A DNA stretch of 33,887 nt from Thermoproteota archaeon (GTDB lineage: Archaea; Korarchaeota; Korarchaeia; Korarchaeales; Korarchaeaceae): NCBI GenBank assembly GCA_027491735.1, contig JAOZGP010000009.1:1-33887 (forward strand), read 5' to 3'. How positions within the stretch are numbered: position 1 is the first letter of the stretch; every line of letters begins with the position of its first letter. Positions 7,228-16,027 of the stretch are shown piece by piece. The notes below the pieces were generated by a model that was not told the DNA's origin, did not search any database, and saw nothing but the letters and a program-made list of their open reading frames with translations. The translations under genes were made by a program, and so were the position numbers.

Positions 7228-8361
7228 TTGAACGGAATAGACGTTGAGAGGCTACGTGCAGAGCTCCTGAACCTAGTTAGGATAAGGAGCTTCTATGGGA
7301 GAGAAGCCGATATAGCATCATACCTCGTTGATAGGCTCTCTAGAATAGCCGATCGAGTAGAGCTAATGCCTGTTCCAGAAAGTGGAGGAAATGTTATAGC
7401 TAGGTTTGGAGCTGATAGGGGAGACAACGACAGATTGCTCTTCTTAAGTCACATGGATACGGTCGAGCTTAAAGGTGAATGGAAGAGAAATCCCTGGGGA
7501 GATGTAGAGGACGATAAGGTTTTTGGGCTTGGGGTTTGGGACTCGAAGTCCTCTGTTGCCTCTATGATAGAAGTCGCCAATGGGGTTTCTAAATTCAGAG
7601 ACTCCCTGAAGAGGGAAATAGCATTTGCATTCGTGAGCGATGAGGAGGGTTTCAGTCGCGGAACCTATCAGCTCGTCAAAGAAGGCAAGCTCAAGGGAGT
7701 CAGGTTCGCTGTGGTGGGGGAGCCAACGAGTTTGAGGATCATGAAAGGCGCATATGGAAGGTTTGTCTTTGATATAGAGGTGCGTGGCAGAACAGGAATA
7801 GGCACTGAAAGCGGTGGGATTAATGCCGTTGTGGAGGCCTCTAAAATAGTTTTACACAGTGCCGAATTTCAAAAAGCTCATGAGAAGAGGGGGAGCATAG
7901 CCCCTCTCTCAATAAAGTCCCCTGAGCTGGTGATGGATTATCCGGAGATCTGTGTTATTAGAATGGACCACCACTATCCGCCAGGAGAGGTCCCCGAAAT
8001 CGTGAGGAAGAGGTTCGTCTCCTTCGTCAGCAGTGCCCCGGTGAAAGCGGAGGTTCGGATAAAGCTCATGAAGAGACCAACGCCTTTCATGGAGCCCTTC
8101 TCAATAGAAGAATCGAATCCCTTTTTCCAGGCCCTTAAATTGGCTTCTAGTGATGTGCTCAGTGAGGACCTCAAGATAGGAATAAACGAGTCGGTCAGTG
8201 CCGCCAACTACCTGTATCAATTTGGTAAGATACCGTCTGTGGTGTTAGGGCCCGATGGAGGGAACAGGCATTCCTCTGATGAGTATGTGATTTTTAGCTC
8301 TGTAGAGAAACTAACCAGGATATTTCTGAAGTTTCTAGAAAGGACGTCGGTGAGTCTGTGA
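7228..8361 (+). CDS. M20 family metallohydrolase (ArgE/DapE-like)
   Basis: SHMDTV, GVWDSK, DEEG, GEPT and C-terminal HSSDE metal-ligand motifs. SD AAGGAGG before TTG. Confidence 0.88.
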   Translation: MNGIDVERLRAELLNLVRIRSFYGREADIASYLVDRLSRIADRVELMPVPESGGNVIARFGADRGDNDRLLFLSHMDTVELKGEWKRNPWGDVEDDKVFGLGVWDSKSSVASMIEVANGVSKFRDSLKREIAFAFVSDEEGFSRGTYQLVKEGKLKGVRFAVVGEPTSLRIMKGAYGRFVFDIEVRGRTGIGTESGGINAVVEASKIVLHSAEFQKAHEKRGSIAPLSIKSPELVMDYPEICVIRMDHHYPPGEVPEIVRKRFVSFVSSAPVKAEVRIKLMKRPTPFMEPFSIEESNPFFQALKLASSDVLSEDLKIGINESVSAANYLYQFGKIPSVVLGPDGGNRHSSDEYVIFSSVEKLTRIFLKFLERTSVSL

Positions 8362-9485
8362 CGATCAGTGCTGCTCTTTACTACATAACGGCAGTCTGGC
8401 TTGTCTTGATTGTCTTGGATAGGATAGCCAGAATCAGTGAGAGAACCAACGTCAAGATCTCGCTGTTCTTCCTCAGAGTCGAATTTTCCGCCAAATTTTT
8501 GAGGAAGATCTCGAAGTATAGTTTAGAATCCTTATCGAGTAGAGTTGCTGCTACCTGTTCATTGATAGTTCTTCTAATCGGATTTGGTGCGTTGATCTAT
8601 CTTTCCAGTTCATTGGTGAGGGCTATCGGTGGAACCCATGAACCACCTTCCGTGATACCCGTGATACCCGGAGTCACCGTGGGACTAAGCCTCCCAGTCC
8701 TGGTCTCCATATTCTTGGTGATTGCAATTCACGAGCTTGGTCACGCCGTGGTCGCGCTCATGGAGGGAATACCCGTCCGAAGAATGGCTTTTTTCCTTTT
8801 GTATGTGATCCCAGGAGCACTTGTCGAGACAGATGATGAGAAGACCAAAAAGGCAGGGCCCAAGAAGAGAATTGTTATGGAGTCAGCGGGTGTATTGTCC
8901 AACTTCGGACTGGGAATCGCCTTCATCCTGATCGCTTTAGTTGTTTTCCCTGGCTTTCCTTGGTCCCCTAGCGGGGTTTACATAAACGATGTCCTGAGCA
9001 GCGGTCCCTCCTCTGGAAAGTTAATACCTGGTGATGTCATAATATCAATAAATGGATCTAAGGTGCAGTCCATACCGGATCTAATCAAGGCCGAAATGAG
9101 ATTGCGGCCCGGTGACATGGCTTTGGTGTCAACGCTTAGAGGTAACGTAACCGTCGTGTTGGGAAGCTCTCCTAAGAACTCCTCTTTGCCCTGGCTTGGC
9201 ATATATCTCAATCCTTTTCCGTACTACAGATCACCTTGGCTGCCCAGCAGCGCGTCCATGCCGCTTGAGGAGTTCGTCGTCTGGATTATATTGTTCAATT
9301 TCGGGATAGGAATTTTGAATGCTCTACCACTGGTTCCCCTGGATGGAGGACTTGTTCTCAAAGACTCCCTGACACTACTGATCAATGACGAGAGGTCCGC
9401 GGACAAGATCACTAAGGTTATTTCCATAGCAGCAGGCCTCGTTCTGGTGTCAAATATAGCTTACTCGATAATGCAGCTGATATGA
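8358..9485 (+). CDS. Site-2 protease (M50) with PDZ domain
   Basis: HELGH in a hydrophobic segment, NALPLVPLDGG, and PDZ-like GVYINDV...LIPGDVIISING. Confidence 0.92.
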   Translation: MTISAALYYITAVWLVLIVLDRIARISERTNVKISLFFLRVEFSAKFLRKISKYSLESLSSRVAATCSLIVLLIGFGALIYLSSSLVRAIGGTHEPPSVIPVIPGVTVGLSLPVLVSIFLVIAIHELGHAVVALMEGIPVRRMAFFLLYVIPGALVETDDEKTKKAGPKKRIVMESAGVLSNFGLGIAFILIALVVFPGFPWSPSGVYINDVLSSGPSSGKLIPGDVIISINGSKVQSIPDLIKAEMRLRPGDMALVSTLRGNVTVVLGSSPKNSSLPWLGIYLNPFPYYRSPWLPSSASMPLEEFVVWIILFNFGIGILNALPLVPLDGGLVLKDSLTLLINDERSADKITKVISIAAGLVLVSNIAYSIMQLI

Positions 9486-9499
9486 GACGAGGGAATTCC

Positions 9500-10510
9500 A
9501 TGTTGAACCCATTTTCTAAAGTGAAGATTCCCCAATCAGCTGACAAAATCATCGATTCTGCCGTTAGAAGAGCCTTCAGGAAGGCTTCCAAGAAGAAAAA
9601 GGTTCTTCTGGAAAGCGCCAGGTCTAGAGAGATTCTGAGGATGGAAACAATGTTCTCAACCGTGTACAGGAAGCTGAAGCTCACTGTCAGATCTTACCCC
9701 AACATATCCAAGGTGCACCCCTTCTACAGAGAGCTCACCTTCCTCCTTGTGGACGTGGATAGATTGAGGCACTCTCTAGGTGCTCTGGACTGGGCATCAG
9801 GAGCTCTCAGGAATATCAAGCGGGAGATCATAACGGAGCTTCGAAGAGCTGATAACATGGAGGAGATGAGAAAAATAAGAAATCGTGGAATTGCTAGGCT
9901 CTCGTCTCTCATCAACAGGATCGATGAGGAGATAGAATACGTGAGAAGATCAGGTAAGGTGTTGCGTTCGTTACCTAACGTGGATACCGGTTCTCTTAGT
10001 GTCATAGTGGCTGGAATGCCAAACACGGGAAAGAGCAGCCTTATAAGAAGGCTTTCCTCAGGCAATCCAGAGGTCGCTCCCTATCCCTTTACAACGAAGG
10101 GTGTGCTGATCGGACACAGGGATATCGTTGGGATTGGGAGGGTGCAGTACGTGGACACGCCTGGACTTCTGGACAGACCCTTGAACGATAGAAATGAGAT
10201 GGAGCTCCAAGCCATAGCAGCCATGAAATATTTGGAAGGAGCCGCCCTTTTCCTCATGGATCCAACGGAAAGTTGTGGATTTACCTTAAAGGAACAGATT
10301 GAGGTCTTGAATGAGATCAGAGGTTTTTTGGAGAAACCTGTACTAGTCGTCCTTAACAAGAAGGATATCTGGGATGACTATTCCAAGGAAAGAATTCGGC
10401 TCCTAAAGGGGAACTTCGTCGCGATATCAGCTCTCACCGGTGAGGGAATCTCCAACCTTGAGAAGGAGGTTTCCAGCCTTCTGAGGCATTTAATCAAGAA
10501 TAAGAGGTAG
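9500..10510 (+). CDS. NOG1-family ribosome biogenesis GTPase
   Basis: HPFYREL, GMPNTGKSS, YPFTTKG, DTPGLLDRP and NKKD. Start ATG 9500 (or 9482). Confidence 0.92.
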   Translation: MLNPFSKVKIPQSADKIIDSAVRRAFRKASKKKKVLLESARSREILRMETMFSTVYRKLKLTVRSYPNISKVHPFYRELTFLLVDVDRLRHSLGALDWASGALRNIKREIITELRRADNMEEMRKIRNRGIARLSSLINRIDEEIEYVRRSGKVLRSLPNVDTGSLSVIVAGMPNTGKSSLIRRLSSGNPEVAPYPFTTKGVLIGHRDIVGIGRVQYVDTPGLLDRPLNDRNEMELQAIAAMKYLEGAALFLMDPTESCGFTLKEQIEVLNEIRGFLEKPVLVVLNKKDIWDDYSKERIRLLKGNFVAISALTGEGISNLEKEVSSLLRHLIKNKR

Positions 10511-10522
10511 AAAAGTTCTTGT

Positions 10523-11647
10523 TTAATTATGCTTTGCCAGGTGCTCTCTTACGGCAGGGTTAAGCCACACGACCTTCGTTTTCCTCTGGCTCTCACGTAC
10601 TATGATGCCCATCGCTGACAGCTTCTTAAGTATACGGGAAACCTTGCTCTTGGAGAAGCCAGTCATGGATGGTAGATCTTTTTGTTTAAGAGCATCGGGG
10701 TGCTCAGCTAAGACCTTAAGCAGCTGAAACTCGTCCTTGTCTAGAGATCGGATCATCCTACTGACATCTCCTATTGGTGGAAAGACCACCTTGCTGCTGA
10801 TTTCGCCTCCATTCCTCTTCCGCTCTCGAATCTTCACCAGGATGGCAACCAGTAATGTCGCTGACAGAACTGCTCCTATAGCGATAATTATTCGGCTGCT
10901 GAGAAGCTGATTGTTGGATCCGCCACTGGACATGTTATTCGTTGGCCGCTGAGGCGATGTGTTGAGAGCTGACACGTTTGCAGCCCTATGGAGATAGCTC
11001 AGAAGATATATATACTGCTCATGAAAAGGAGAGGGCGCCACCCACCTGAGCACAGGAGAGGGAAACTCAACTATCAGGTTTCCTTGATTATCGGTTAGTA
11101 TTGAGATGTTGGTTCTCACAGATCCGGTGGGAGAGATTGTTGAGTTCCTGGGAAGAACCATTCTGGCTCTTATGTTGGACAGGTCGACCGATATATTCGG
11201 TAGAACTATGGGAAGGACGACTCTCGTCCTGCCCGTTGCCTTGGTCTCGGAGACTATGTAAATCCTCTTATCCAGGATTATGGATGCTTCAAAATACTCT
11301 GTCTGGGCTTTCTCAGGGAAGCATAGCAGGAGACTCCTCGCATAGAGTTTGTTGCTCGTTATCGATGCGTTGAGCTCTGATGGCTTTTTATGAATTACTG
11401 TAATTTTCTTGATATGAGGTACGGCATAGTACCTCCCCCACTCCAGCAGAGGAAATTCTATGCACAGGGACCCAGCTCCCTTATTGAGCAATCCTGTTAC
11501 GTCTAACCTGACGGTGTCGTTATCGAACAGCCACAGGGTCACGGTCAGCTTCAACAGTTTAGATTGTTGCACATTGTTTCCACTGATCGCGAGGGGACTT
11601 AGTGTCAGCAAAACAACCATCAGCACCATAGTCAGTTCTCTTCTCAT
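10523..11647 (-). CDS. Membrane-anchored protein with C-terminal winged-helix DNA-binding domain (COG2512-like)
   Basis: N-terminal signal-like hydrophobic stretch, beta-rich ectodomain with N-x-S/T sequons, S/N/G-rich linker, TM helix IIIAIGAVLSATLLVAILV followed by KIRERKR, then QKDLPSMTGFSKSKVSRILKKL HTH. Start ATG 11647 (track 11692), about 25 nt after TTTAAA. Confidence 0.82.
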   Translation of the reverse strand: MRRELTMVLMVVLLTLSPLAISGNNVQQSKLLKLTVTLWLFDNDTVRLDVTGLLNKGAGSLCIEFPLLEWGRYYAVPHIKKITVIHKKPSELNASITSNKLYARSLLLCFPEKAQTEYFEASIILDKRIYIVSETKATGRTRVVLPIVLPNISVDLSNIRARMVLPRNSTISPTGSVRTNISILTDNQGNLIVEFPSPVLRWVAPSPFHEQYIYLLSYLHRAANVSALNTSPQRPTNNMSSGGSNNQLLSSRIIIAIGAVLSATLLVAILVKIRERKRNGGEISSKVVFPPIGDVSRMIRSLDKDEFQLLKVLAEHPDALKQKDLPSMTGFSKSKVSRILKKLSAMGIIVRESQRKTKVVWLNPAVREHLAKHN

Positions 11648-11712
11648 GATATTCACCGAAAATCGGCCAGGTTTAAATAGCAGGTAGCTCATAGATAAAA
11701 GTTAAAGTTCAA

Positions 11713-12138
11713 ATGAAAATGAGGTGGAAGACTCTAGTCGATGTCGCTATCTGGGTAGACAGGGTAAATAGGCTCGCTGAGGAGGAGGACCTTCTCGTGG
11801 TGGTTGAGGGAAGGTCTGATTTCTTAGCCTTGAGGAAGCTCGGTGTTAGAGGTAAGATGCTCGTGCTCAGGGAGTTTTTAGAGTTTTTGGATGAACAGCG
11901 GCACTTAGGACTTGGAGGAAGGGCTTTCCTGATATTGACAGATTTCGACAAAGAAGGTCGACTGCTGTACCGCAGGCTCACTAACTTGGTGTGGGAGATG
12001 GGCGGCATTGTGAGAACAGATCTGAGAGAGAAGCTGCATAAGTGCGTCAGGATTGAGAGGATAGAAGACCTCAAGCATCTTATGAGTGACGATCTCTGGA
12101 ACCTCGTCCACGAAGGGAGGATCTATTATGAAGGTTAG
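11713..12138 (+). CDS. Small Toprim-domain protein (RNase M5-like, COG1658)
   Basis: VVVEGRSD and ILTDFDKEG Toprim motifs. Confidence 0.85.
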   Translation: MKMRWKTLVDVAIWVDRVNRLAEEEDLLVVVEGRSDFLALRKLGVRGKMLVLREFLEFLDEQRHLGLGGRAFLILTDFDKEGRLLYRRLTNLVWEMGGIVRTDLREKLHKCVRIERIEDLKHLMSDDLWNLVHEGRIYYEG

Positions 12139-12595
12139 AATCTCGGCCAGGGTCTACCCATCGGAATCGGAGGATCGCGTCCTGAGGGCAATGAGGAACC
12201 TAGTACCTTTCGAGGAAAGCATGGATGAGGTTGAGCTACGCCAGGACTCGTGTTGTAGAGTGATCTCCGTGACTTTAGAGGGAATAGAACCTCTCCTTAA
12301 GCTTAGGGACAGCCTTAGAAACAACAAAGTTCTAGATACTGCCAGGATGCTTTTAGTCAAAGGAATGGCTGGGAGAAGCACTAGAATCAAGCTTCATAAA
12401 CAAGCAGCTTATCTAGGCAGAGTTCGACTTTGTAGCTCCGATGAGGAATCTCCTCTTGGAGCGATAGATTTGGACATAGAATTTAACTGCACTCCCGAGT
12501 TATTTCTGGATTGGATGGCACCCCAAACCAGAGAAGGAAAGATACTCAAGGAGATAAAAACCTCGGAGCTGAGAGATCTTCTGGTGGATATTTAG
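12128..12595 (+). CDS. UPF0201 / COG1931 putative RNA-binding protein
   Basis: ISARVYPSESEDRVLRAMRNL, LHKQAAYLGRV, ESPLGAI and LDWMAPQT. Start ATG 12128 (track 12086). Confidence 0.85.
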   Translation: MKVRISARVYPSESEDRVLRAMRNLVPFEESMDEVELRQDSCCRVISVTLEGIEPLLKLRDSLRNNKVLDTARMLLVKGMAGRSTRIKLHKQAAYLGRVRLCSSDEESPLGAIDLDIEFNCTPELFLDWMAPQTREGKILKEIKTSELRDLLVDI

Positions 12596-12597
12596 CT

Positions 12598-13512
12598 TTA
12601 CAGTTCATAGATCATCAGGTCCTTAGCGAAGATTAGAGGATTAAACATCCTCTTGGCCTCCTTTTCCAAGCGATCTAGGTCCTCCTCCCTATACCTAGCG
12701 CTGAAGTGGGTCAACGCGAGTGCTTTTGCTTTGCAAGCTTTCGCCACTCCTATAGCCTCGGAGATGGTACTATGCCCAGATTGCTCGGCTCTCTCTCTCA
12801 GATCGTCAGCGTAAGTGGCCTCATGAATTAGAAGGTCCGCTTCCGATCCCTCCTCGATGAGAGATCTGCAGGGTCGGGTATCCGAGGAGTATACCAGGAG
12901 TTTTCCCCTCCTCGGAGGGCTCATCACATCCTGTGGATGAACAACCTTTCCATTGGGAAGTTTTATAGGTATGCCCCTTTGTAGTAACCCCCTCAGCTCG
13001 AGTGGGACTCCCAGCTCGTCTGACCTCTGAGGATCAAACCTACCGGGCCTGTCGTCCTCCCTGACAGCTATCCCATACGTTGGTATATTTCCGTGAACCA
13101 CGGGGAACATGGTGACCGTGTAGCCTTTCAGTCTGAAAGATGTCCTTCCTCTCACCTCAAAGACCTTGACCTCGAAGGATGATTCAACAGGAGCTACCTC
13201 AGTTATGGCCAGGAGAACATTGTGAAATCCCTGAGGAGCATATATCTCGAGTGGTTTTCTCCTCTTCAGAATGCTAAGAGTTTGTAGAAGGGGAAACACT
13301 CCATAGTAGTGATCTCCGTGCAGATGAGATATGAAGATCTTGGAGAGTCTGCCAAACCCTATTCCACTGCGTATTATTTGCTTTTGAGTTCCCTCTCCAG
13401 CATCCAGCAGTATGTATTCCCTGCCCAGATCAACTATTATCGATGAGGGATTTCGACTCACCGTGGGGACTGCTGCGGAGGTTCCTAGGAAGATGACCCT
13501 CATCGGCTTCAC
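12598..13512 (-). CDS. rnz: Ribonuclease Z (tRNA 3'-endonuclease)
   Basis: FLGTSAAVPT, DAGEGTQ, SHLHGDH, flexible-arm region, DTRP, HEATY, GHST and THFSARY. Confidence 0.95.
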   Translation of the reverse strand: MKPMRVIFLGTSAAVPTVSRNPSSIIVDLGREYILLDAGEGTQKQIIRSGIGFGRLSKIFISHLHGDHYYGVFPLLQTLSILKRRKPLEIYAPQGFHNVLLAITEVAPVESSFEVKVFEVRGRTSFRLKGYTVTMFPVVHGNIPTYGIAVREDDRPGRFDPQRSDELGVPLELRGLLQRGIPIKLPNGKVVHPQDVMSPPRRGKLLVYSSDTRPCRSLIEEGSEADLLIHEATYADDLRERAEQSGHSTISEAIGVAKACKAKALALTHFSARYREEDLDRLEKEAKRMFNPLIFAKDLMIYEL

Positions 13513-14459
13513 CTGGTCCTCTTCTCAAGTAGACACAGGTTCATTAATTTCTTGTCCATCTTGAGTTTGTAGCTTCCCAGAAGAGCGGCTCCTTTCAAAC
13601 GTTCCACATCCGGGTTCATGGGTGCTAAGACCGATGCCCTTCCTCCTTCCTTGAGATATCTCCAGGTGCCGCTTATCCACCCCCAGCTTTCCGTGAGTGA
13701 CACGATCGAATCCACAGTTAAGAGTCCGGGTTCCTCATTCGATCTGAACAAAAGATACTCTTCTCCAAGAGAAAATCCATAAGAGGCTAGTTCTAGCGAT
13801 AACTCTCTAGCTATTTTTTCGTCTCTATAGATTCCGATGAAGGAAAGGCCCATTAAAAGGGATTCTCTAGCTATGGACGGTGATATCAAACAGGAGTCCA
13901 TGATCAGACCGCCATCCCCGCAGCCCGACAGATTTATCATTGCCCGAGCGAGATGAGGTTTCAGTGGAACGCCATACCTTTTCTGAAGTTTCTCCCGTAT
14001 TTTTAGATCGGTTCTCCTGAAGCTGAGGATCGGCTCTAGTACGATCACCTTGTTTGGGAGTTGTAGCACGTAGGCCTCTCCTCGACCATGAGGATTGTGG
14101 GTTGTGGGAGGGGACATGCCCAAAACTCTACGTTTAAGTGGAGCTTCTAGGATCAGATGCACAATTTCTGGATTTAGGTTGTTCATTGCGCAGATTACTG
14201 CTTCCCTTACGTCTTTCTCAGGATTTTTAAGGCTGAACTCTGACACCTTCCTCAACACAGCTTTTGTATAGGAGGATCTCCTGTCAAGTACTTCGACCAG
14301 CCTGTTTAGAGAATCATCATCTACATGGGTTTTGAGGAGGACGAACCTACCAGCGATGTTATCTAGAGAAGGAGGAATGCTAACGAGCTCCAACAAGGAA
14401 GTAAGCTCCATTTTAGATAGGAATCCTCCCTCGCCAGAAAGAAGAAATGTGAGAAGCAC
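13509..14459 (-). CDS. Trm11/TrmG10-like tRNA methyltransferase homolog with degenerate SAM-binding motifs
   Basis: N-terminal FLLSGE and LKPHLARAMINLSG resemble Trm11. Motif I reads DSCLISPSI instead of DPFCGTGGI. Start GTG 14459 after AAGGAGG (track 14486). Confidence 0.7.
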   Translation of the reverse strand: MLLTFLLSGEGGFLSKMELTSLLELVSIPPSLDNIAGRFVLLKTHVDDDSLNRLVEVLDRRSSYTKAVLRKVSEFSLKNPEKDVREAVICAMNNLNPEIVHLILEAPLKRRVLGMSPPTTHNPHGRGEAYVLQLPNKVIVLEPILSFRRTDLKIREKLQKRYGVPLKPHLARAMINLSGCGDGGLIMDSCLISPSIARESLLMGLSFIGIYRDEKIARELSLELASYGFSLGEEYLLFRSNEEPGLLTVDSIVSLTESWGWISGTWRYLKEGGRASVLAPMNPDVERLKGAALLGSYKLKMDKKLMNLCLLEKRTR

Positions 14460-14475
14460 TGATGACAGAGCCTCC

Positions 14476-15396
14476 TTACTGCTCAAATTGGTTTAGGTGC
14501 GGGGGGTGGGATTTGAACCCACGAACCCCTGAGGGAGCGGATCTTGAGTCCGCCGCCGTTGGCCTGGCTTGGCTACCCCCGCGCTCACCGCCAGTGAGAT
14601 GCCCCCCGGCTATTCTGTCTAAGATCCTCCTATAAAAGTATCTGTGATCGCTGTTCAGAGTGGCTATCCTGAAACCATCCCCCGATAAACTAATCGTTAG
14701 TTCTCTGGACGTGTTGTTCATAGGCTCTCCGTCCACGGCCACATAGAAAGGGACATTGCCTCTCACCTTGACGATGGATGACTCTGGAAGGACCATGGGA
14801 TTTAGAGGCATATCAGAGCTGGGTTGCCAAGGAGCCAGGGGGGAGAGCACCATGCACCTCATTCTAGGATCAATTATGGGTCCTCCGACCGATAGAGAAT
14901 AGGCCCAAGATCCGAAGGGTGTCGCAGCTATGAGTCCATCGGCCATAAACCTATTAAACTCGACTCCATCTATACATATGGTCAGCTTGACCGTCTTTCC
15001 TCTGGAGGGATGGGCCAAGAGAACCTCATTAAAAGCCCTCTCCTGAACTCCAGACACCTCCACGGAGCAGGCATCTATCACCTCGAAATCTCCAGAAAAT
15101 AGCCTAGTCAAGGACTTCTCTAGTTTGTCCTCGGTTATCTCAACCAGTATCCCGAAAGTTCCGTCCTTCACCCCTATCACAGGGACCTTCCCCTCCGTCA
15201 TGTGAAGTGCTCTTATCAGAGTTCCATCGCCACCGATGGATATGACCAGATCTGATTCCCCGGCTAGATGCTGAGGTAGAACTTCTATACCCCTCATCTC
15301 GAGCAGAAAGATTATCTTCTTCATTAGGAGCTCTGCTCTCCTGGAGAAGGGATTCACTACCAAGGCAACCTTTTTCGGTACTGACCACGGCACCAT
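14476..15396 (-). CDS. nadK: NAD(+) kinase
   Basis: SIGGDGTLIR, GTFGIL, AFNE, ADGLIAATPFGSWAYSLSVGGPI and VDGE. Start ATG 15396 after GGAGGT. The frame continues through tRNA-Leu to a stop at 14476. Confidence 0.9.
   Translation of the reverse strand: MVPWSVPKKVALVVNPFSRRAELLMKKIIFLLEMRGIEVLPQHLAGESDLVISIGGDGTLIRALHMTEGKVPVIGVKDGTFGILVEITEDKLEKSLTRLFSGDFEVIDACSVEVSGVQERAFNEVLLAHPSRGKTVKLTICIDGVEFNRFMADGLIAATPFGSWAYSLSVGGPIIDPRMRCMVLSPLAPWQPSSDMPLNPMVLPESSIVKVRGNVPFYVAVDGEPMNNTSRELTISLSGDGFRIATLNSDHRYFYRRILDRIAGGHLTGGERGGSQARPTAADSRSAPSGVRGFKSHPPHLNQFEQ
14498..14582 (-). tRNA. tRNA-Leu (CAA)
   Basis: GCGGGGGTAGCCAAGCCAGGCCAACGGCG-GCGGA-CT-CAA-GA-TCCGC, long variable arm, GTGGGTTCAAATCCCAC-CCCCCGC-A; 85 nt. 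Confidence 0.96.
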
Positions 15397-15481
15397 CGCA
15401 GAACCTCCTACTAACCCCCTCTTCACACGAAGGAAGTAATTATAAATCCCCTTCATCTGGATATGTTCTGGGCTTCTTAGG

Positions 15482-16027
15482 ATGATGATGCTCCCCTTGC
15501 TTGACGAGAAGGGTCTCTCTCTCCTTGAGGAGGTATGTGTTCGCTCAGTGATAATCAAGGAGGATCTAGAATCATCTGATCTTCTGGAGTGGAGGTTTGT
15601 AAAAGGGAACAGGCTGTCCGTACCCTCTTGGCTTGCTGAGGTGCTTGTAGATAACGAAGCCGCCGAGTACTCCGATGATGAAATAGACCTCCGTCGAGTC
15701 GAGGAACTCTTGATCAGGGAGGAGCGGTCGACGAAGCCTCTTCCTCCGGAAGGATGTGTTTACTCCTATATACGCAGGGTTCTGAAGGACTCAGACCCAA
15801 AGCGATCTGAGAGAGCACTGGAGGACGGAATCTCTCTCCTGGAGATTAGGGTGAGCAAGCTTATCAAGTACTTGAGCAACCCTAATCTGCGTCGAATTCT
15901 CTTTAACATTGAGGAGAAGCTTACTTTTGAGGAAAGAGTTCTTGTCAGGGCAATGAACTCCTTGCTCAGATATTATATGAAGATCATTCTTGCGAGGGAT
16001 GATGATGAGCAGCCTGTCAAGAGATGA
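15482..16027 (+). CDS. GINS23 (Psf2/Psf3-like) replication factor
   Basis: N-terminal B-domain-like KGNRLSVPSWLAEVL, helical A domain with LLEIRVSKL and KLTFEER. Overlaps the start of MCM. Confidence 0.78.
   Translation: MMMLPLLDEKGLSLLEEVCVRSVIIKEDLESSDLLEWRFVKGNRLSVPSWLAEVLVDNEAAEYSDDEIDLRRVEELLIREERSTKPLPPEGCVYSYIRRVLKDSDPKRSERALEDGISLLEIRVSKLIKYLSNPNLRRILFNIEEKLTFEERVLVRAMNSLLRYYMKIILARDDDEQPVKR

Noticed and set aside
15397-15558. N-terminal extension of the NAD kinase ORF
   Set aside because: It overlaps the divergent GINS gene and promoter. ATG 15396 has an SD and matches the domain start.
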